This document shows, one piece after another, positions 58,701 through 64,000 of a DNA stretch of 64,000 bases. The translations under genes and the position numbers were made by a program. This DNA is from an uncultured Actinomycetota bacterium (GTDB lineage Bacteria > Actinomycetota > Actinomycetes > JAHEKZ01). A model generated the notes under the pieces. That model was not told the DNA's origin. It was given only the letters and a program-made list of their open reading frames with translations, and searched no databases. Each line of letters starts with the position of its first letter. The first letter of the stretch is position 1. The DNA lies in contig CAWHIJ010000003.1 in assembly GCA_963829525.1 (NCBI GenBank), positions 2,688,001-2,752,000 on the forward strand. Direction: 5' to 3'.

Positions 58701-60122
58701 GTCCGGAGTTCCCTTTGTGATGACGCCAGAGATCACAAACGTCGGGCTCGCGCCGACACCAAGCGCAGTTCCAACCGTCGTCGTGGTCGTCGGGCAGCTC
58801 GTTGGCAGCGGGGTCGGCGTCAGTGCACACAGGGTGAAGGCCCAGTCTGACGGCTCGAGCAGCGTTGTCTGGTCGTTCCAGGTGTCACGTACCGCCATCA
58901 CCGTGCGGTCGGTGGCGAGGAACTGACGCGTCGGGACGTTGTAGGCGCGGTTCGGGGCAGTGTCGTCCGCCTGGGTGTTCTTCGAGTGGTACCGGCTATA
59001 GGGGTCAGCGTTCGTCGCGGTGAGAGGCACTCCACCGAAAGTGTGGGCGATCTCCATCGCCATCGTGGACCCGGTCTGCGATGGCGTCGTGCCATCGGGC
59101 ACAAGTCGCGTCCAGGTGATCGGCTGCCCAACCTTCGACATGCCCTCGGCGCAGCCGGCATCGCCGCCGAGGCTGAGCGAGTCCTGGACGACGCCAATCA
59201 CTCGGTCGGCTGGCGTGTTCGGGTTGTTGGTGTTCCACGACTGCAGGAACGTCGACAAGTTCGCCGCGACTCCATCGAAGTTCGCCGCAGTCCCACAGAA
59301 CTTGCCAGCCTGCTGAAACGTGGTGATGTTGGCAATCGTCGGTGTCACGGCATATCGGATTCCTGCCGTTGATGCCGCTGAGGTGAGATCCCCCGTGCCG
59401 TCGGGTACCGGCAGTGTGCGAGCCAGCGCCCGCATGGCGCCGGCAGTGGTGGCTTGAGCAGTTGCGTTGAACTGTTGGGCGTATCCGACACGAGGGTCGC
59501 CCATAGGCACGACGAGGATACGCAACGCGTTGGTCTTCTTCTCCACCGTGCTCGAGATCGGAGCAGTGCTGCCTGGACGCGTGGTGAAACGCACTGAGCC
59601 AGCTACCGCGGACGCCGTGTTGCTCGCTTTGGCCGAGTAGTTGATCGTCACCGTCATAGTCGCGGTATAGCGGGCGGTGTTAGCAGCCGGAGCAAGGACC
59701 GAACCGGCGATCACGAAACGGGTATCGGCCGGCGAATCGACCGCCGGCGCACTCGTGTAAGGCGCAAGGATCGGTGCCGGACTGGCCACAAGGTTGTCCG
59801 GACCGATGCTGGTGGTACCACCGGGTGTCGTCACGTTCAGGGTCGCGCCGGTGACGGCGATCGAGGAACCCTTGGCCGCGCACGACGGCATGCTCAGATA
59901 CGAGCGGACCAGCGCCTCTTTGCCGCGCACCAGTGGGTTGTACGAGCCGACCCCCTGCGTCACGGTGATGTCGCGCAGCTGAGGCACCAGGGAACAGGCG
60001 GTAGCAGCCGAGGCCGAGCCGCCAGGAAGGGCGGAAAGCGAGGCGGCGACAAGCGCCACTGAGACGATCATCGTCACCAGGCGGCTTCGAGTGACCCAGT
60101 TCATCGGGCTCATCGGGCTCAT
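55730..60122 (-). CDS. Large (about 1460 aa) secreted protein with TolB/PD40-like repeats, split by two frameshifts
   Basis: Signal peptide; ISGDG..VVF, S.ATNL, VYLRD repeats continue across frame changes near 57635 and 57370. Confidence 0.7.
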
Positions 60123-60356
60123 CGGGCCTCCAGGTATCCGGGGGCAGGAAGACCCGACCCCGTGATGGCCGTCACACTAAACGACGGTTCAGCGCACTGT
60201 CACCCGTTTGCAAAGAAGGTTCACCATCTCGTCATCCAGGACGTACTAACGCACCAAATCATCGGAAATGTCCAAGAATCCGTTGCCTCGCCAGGCCCTC
60301 GGCCCGCTATCTTGTGCCAGCGAGCGCCCACCACAGCGCTCGACGCGGAGGGCTGG

Positions 60357-62030
60357 ATGGACGAAGACAGCGAGGATCCTGCTGCGGCGAATCGACCTTC
60401 GCGCGAGGACGCCCACTCGGCCATGGCCGTACTGCGCACTCCCGCACTGCTGCGCGTCATCGCCGCCTTCTTCATCTTTGGAACCGCTGAGTGGGCCACC
60501 TGGATCGCCATGCTGGTTTGGGCCTTCGACCGGGGCGGTGCCGGCGCTGCCGGGCTCATCTCCGTCGTCCAGATGGTCCCGGCTACCTTGGCTGCCCCCT
60601 TCGCGGCATCCATCTTCGAGCGGATGCGACGAGATCACGCTCTCGCGCTCGGGTACGGCATTCAAGCTGCCACCCGGCTGGCCGTCGGCGTTGTGCTTGT
60701 GTCTGACGCTCCTGCCTGGCTGGTGTACTTCGCTGCCGCGGTGGCGACGACCTCGATCGTTCTCACTCGGCCCATGCACCACGCGATCATTCCTGAAATT
60801 GCCGAGACACCCGAAGAGATCACAGTGGGCCACTCGGCTTCGAGCACTGTCGAGGGTTTGGCCACCTTCGTCGGCCCCATCCTTGCTGGCGTTCTGTTGG
60901 GTATCTACGGGCCGGGTGCAGTCTTCTTCCTCACCAGCGCGGGGGCGGTGGTGGCGGTGCTACTCACCCGATCACTGCCCCTCAGGCGTGCCTTTGAGCG
61001 TGTGACCGAGGCTGAGAGCATCGTCAAGGCAACTGCCGCCGGTCTTCTCGAGCTGAAACACAACTCGGGGGCGCTTCTCCTGACACTGGTCGTCGGTGCG
61101 CAGTGGGTGGTGATCGGAGCCCTGGATGTATTGACGGTCGTCTTCGGCATCGACGTCTTAGACATGGGCGAATCCGGACCTGGAATCCTGATGTCCGCGG
61201 TGGGGGTCGGAGGCCTGGTGGGCGCTGCAGCCACAGTGCTGCTCATCGGGCAGAAGAAGCTTTCGCCAGCTGTCACCGGCGGAATGTTGCTCACCGGACT
61301 CTCCATCGCCGCGGTGGCATTCACCCTGCTGCCACTGGTGGCATGGCTGTTCCTGGCTCTCTCCGGTCTCGGGAAGGCCTTCGTCGACGTCGCGGGACGA
61401 ACACTGCTTCACCGCGCTGTTCGCCCGGACATCATGTCGCGCATCTTCGGAGTGCAGGAGAGCATGGTGATGGGCGGGGTAGCGGTCGGCGCAACGGTTG
61501 CACCCATATTGATCAACCGACTGAGCCCCGAAGGGGCGGTTATCGCGACAGGCGTCTTCTTGCCTGTGGTCGGTCTTCTGGCGTGGGTTCAGATCCGCAA
61601 TCTCGACTCCGAGGCACTGCTACCGGGGCCGGGCTTCGCACGGCTCGAGGCGATCCCGATGTTTGCGTCACTCCCGCTCGGAACTCTGGAGCAGCTCTCC
61701 CGAGAACTCATCTCGATCACGGCGGCAGGAGGGATCGACATCTTCGACCAAGGGGACGAGGGAGACTTGGTCTACATCATTGACCAAGGCAGCGTCGAGA
61801 TCATCCGGAACGGAAGGGTGATCAACACCAATGGACCTGGCGACTACTTCGGCGAGATAGCCTTACTGCGCGACATCCCACGAACTGCGACCGTTCGAGC
61901 TGTCGACGACGTTCACCTGTACGCACTGACGCGCGAGGTCTTCCTCGAGGCGGTCACCGGGTCGTCGAAGTCACATGAGCTCGCGCACGCCGAGGCGACC
62001 CGTCGTCGACAAGGCGACGAACCGGACTGA
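60357..62030 (+). CDS. MFS transporter fused to a cNMP-binding domain
   Basis: About 12 TMs, then FDQGDEGD...YFGEIALLRDIPRTATV. Confidence 0.88.
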   Translation: MDEDSEDPAAANRPSREDAHSAMAVLRTPALLRVIAAFFIFGTAEWATWIAMLVWAFDRGGAGAAGLISVVQMVPATLAAPFAASIFERMRRDHALALGYGIQAATRLAVGVVLVSDAPAWLVYFAAAVATTSIVLTRPMHHAIIPEIAETPEEITVGHSASSTVEGLATFVGPILAGVLLGIYGPGAVFFLTSAGAVVAVLLTRSLPLRRAFERVTEAESIVKATAAGLLELKHNSGALLLTLVVGAQWVVIGALDVLTVVFGIDVLDMGESGPGILMSAVGVGGLVGAAATVLLIGQKKLSPAVTGGMLLTGLSIAAVAFTLLPLVAWLFLALSGLGKAFVDVAGRTLLHRAVRPDIMSRIFGVQESMVMGGVAVGATVAPILINRLSPEGAVIATGVFLPVVGLLAWVQIRNLDSEALLPGPGFARLEAIPMFASLPLGTLEQLSRELISITAAGGIDIFDQGDEGDLVYIIDQGSVEIIRNGRVINTNGPGDYFGEIALLRDIPRTATVRAVDDVHLYALTREVFLEAVTGSSKSHELAHAEATRRRQGDEPD

Positions 62031-62078
62031 CCAGCCCATGGATTCGATCGACCGACGCGAGAAGACAAAGAGGGCTTC

Positions 62079-62723
62079 ATGATCATCAGCCGGGCAGCAG
62101 AGACTGCGACAGATCTCGAGGTGGCGACCGAGATCATGACTACCGCCTTCGCCAGTGACCCGGTCTGGGGAGGCTGGGCCTTCCCCATCGAAGACCCGGT
62201 CGCCAGAGACGAAGCACGTCGACGCTTCTGGCGGTTCAACCTCAGCAGCGCCATGCGCTATCCGTGGGTTCGACTCATCCCTGGTGCGGCCGCGCTCTGG
62301 GTGCCGCCGAACGGCTCCGAGCTCACCGAGTCCGAGGAGGCTGAGGTCGAGCCGCTGCTACGGGAACTCGTTGGCGCGCACACCGATGCCTTCCTTGAGT
62401 GCCTTGACCTCTTCGAGAACAACCACCCGCACGATGAGCCGCACTACTACCTAAGCCTTCTTGGAACGCACGACGACTACCGCGGGCAAGGGCTCGGGAT
62501 GCAGTTGCTCAGTGAGAACCTCGGACTCATCGACCGAGAGGGAATGCCCAGCTACCTCGAGTCGACCAATCCGGTGAATGTCGCCCGCTACGAGTCGGTG
62601 GGCTTTCGCCGGGTTGGTTCGTTCACGCTTCCCGCGGGCGGGCCGACGGTCGACACCATGTGGCGCGAAGCGCGGAAGCGGCCCTCAGGGGCCGACTCCT
62701 ATTCCGCGGGCGGCTCGGCGTAG
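62079..62723 (+). CDS. GNAT acetyltransferase
   Basis: AFASDP, HYYLSLLG...RGQGLG, YLEST, YESVGF. Confidence 0.85.
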   Translation: MIISRAAETATDLEVATEIMTTAFASDPVWGGWAFPIEDPVARDEARRRFWRFNLSSAMRYPWVRLIPGAAALWVPPNGSELTESEEAEVEPLLRELVGAHTDAFLECLDLFENNHPHDEPHYYLSLLGTHDDYRGQGLGMQLLSENLGLIDREGMPSYLESTNPVNVARYESVGFRRVGSFTLPAGGPTVDTMWREARKRPSGADSYSAGGSA

Positions 62724-64000
62724 AAGGCTCGGCGCACCGGCTTCACCGGACGCATCAGGAACTCTGGACGACGCATCCCCGACGCGCTAGGACCCGGGCG
62801 GGTCTTCGCCAACCACTCATGGAACACCTCGGAGGACCTACTGGTGTCGACGACGACGTCCCCATACTGATCGTCGGCGTGCGCCTTCTCCACAGCGGAC
62901 CTTCTGGTGCCAGCAGTGCATTCCGGACCATGGGTCTGGGTGCACGCCAAAGGCCAGATTCTGGTGGACGCCTGGATCGTCCCAGTTGATCCGCGAGGAG
63001 TCAGGGTCGTCACTCTCGAACGGCTTCACGTAGTCCTTGTAGCGCAACCGCCACCTGCCGTCCGGCATCTTGCCGACGTCGACCAAACCCATGACCCAGC
63101 GGCTACCGGCGTTCTCGGTGTTGCGCCAGCGGCCCATGTGGTGAGAGAGCCCGATGACGCCGGGGCGGATTGCCTCCGTCGACCAGACCCGGGCCACGAA
63201 ATGCCCGATCTCGGTGTTGATCCGCGCCAAGTCGCCGGTGGCGAAACCAAGCCGCTGAGCATCCTTGGTGTTCATCCATAGTGGGTGGGTATTGGAGATC
63301 TCGTTGAGGTACTTGGCGTTTCCGGATCGGGTATGGATCATCGTCGGCAACCGGAACGTCGGCATCAGCACCAGCTCACCGGCCGATGTGTCCAACTCCT
63401 TGTGCGCCACATGCGAGGCGATGTACCCAGGAGTTGCATACTCCGGCCAGCCGAAGTCGACCATCGTTGGCGAGAAGAGCTCAAGGCGCCGCGACGGCGT
63501 GAGCCATCCAGCCACCTGCGAGCCGTCAGCCAGTTCGACACCGACCGCTCCGGCCTCACCGACCAATGGCGGTGTGGAGTCGAGCGTCGTCGGCTTTCGC
63601 AGAACCCCCTGCTCGTCAGCTGTGGATCCATCGAGCTCCGCTGGGGTCAGGGTCCGCTCGTCGAGCCGATACATATCGTGCCCGATCTCGTAGACGCCGT
63701 AGCGCCTCATGTACTCCAGCGGGGTCATGCCGTGCGACTTCGCCTTCTCCGGCAACCCTGGCACCTGGTGGTCGAAGACCCAGCCGTAGTAGTCGTCGAC
63801 CGTCACCTTCTCACCCGGCCTGTCGGGCGCCTCGAAGTACTTGCGGATGCCGAGCGAACCATCCGGGTCGATCCGCCACGACAGCTCGAACCAGAACTCG
63901 TTCTCCTCCCACACCTCGCCGGGGTTGGCGTCTCGTGTGTCGCTGACTGACTGTCCCAGCCGTCCATTGCGACCCGCCGAACCGGCTGCCGGAATCCCAG
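62699..64000 (-). CDS. Molybdopterin oxidoreductase, C-terminal part (runs off right edge; frameshift near 62895)
   Basis: TPSRRLE, IHTRSGNAKYLNEI, W.N..DA..LG..TGD, HPDPWSGMHCWHQKV; C-terminus EKAH...YGDV continues in another frame. Confidence 0.8.

Noticed and set aside
60101-60127. (TCATCGGGC)x3 at the start of the giant secreted gene as a phase-variation switch
   Set aside because: The 9-bp unit preserves frame and only gives alternative ATGs (MSPMSPM).

Overview
High-GC actinobacterial chromosomal window. The left part (1-35.6 kb) is mostly core or semi-core: tatD, fetAB-like ABC, tryptophanase, metG, rsmI, pmt, copC/copD-ctaG, an ECF sigma/anti-sigma/cupredoxin unit, tRNA-Ala, sepX/glpR-rimJ-moaBC-moeA-galU, a diguanylate cyclase, penicillin acylase, crcB pair, CIRCE-fmdB, mscL, HU, a GcvT/FAD-oxidoreductase locus and MFS pumps. 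The main finding is at 35.6-47 kb. Two cargo-carrying, non-autonomous DDE transposons (IS4-clan transposase remnants, short terminal inverted repeats) sit in tandem at the same site, the 5' end of a tRNA-Arg(CCT) gene. The target duplication CGCCCTCGTA (tRNA -1..+9) occurs three times. The tRNA is displaced about 8.5 kb from its apparent native promoter and may be re-promoted from the element's right end. The 3' end of the same tRNA carries a decayed tyrosine-integrase island. The right part (47-64 kb) holds a cyclic-nucleotide signalling cluster (GGDEF, MBL hydrolase, cNMP-binding protein, cyclase-STAND-TPR protein, MFS-cNMP fusion) with large secreted proteins and several single-base frameshifts that may be sequencing errors. 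All calls were made by eye from motifs; no database searches were run.
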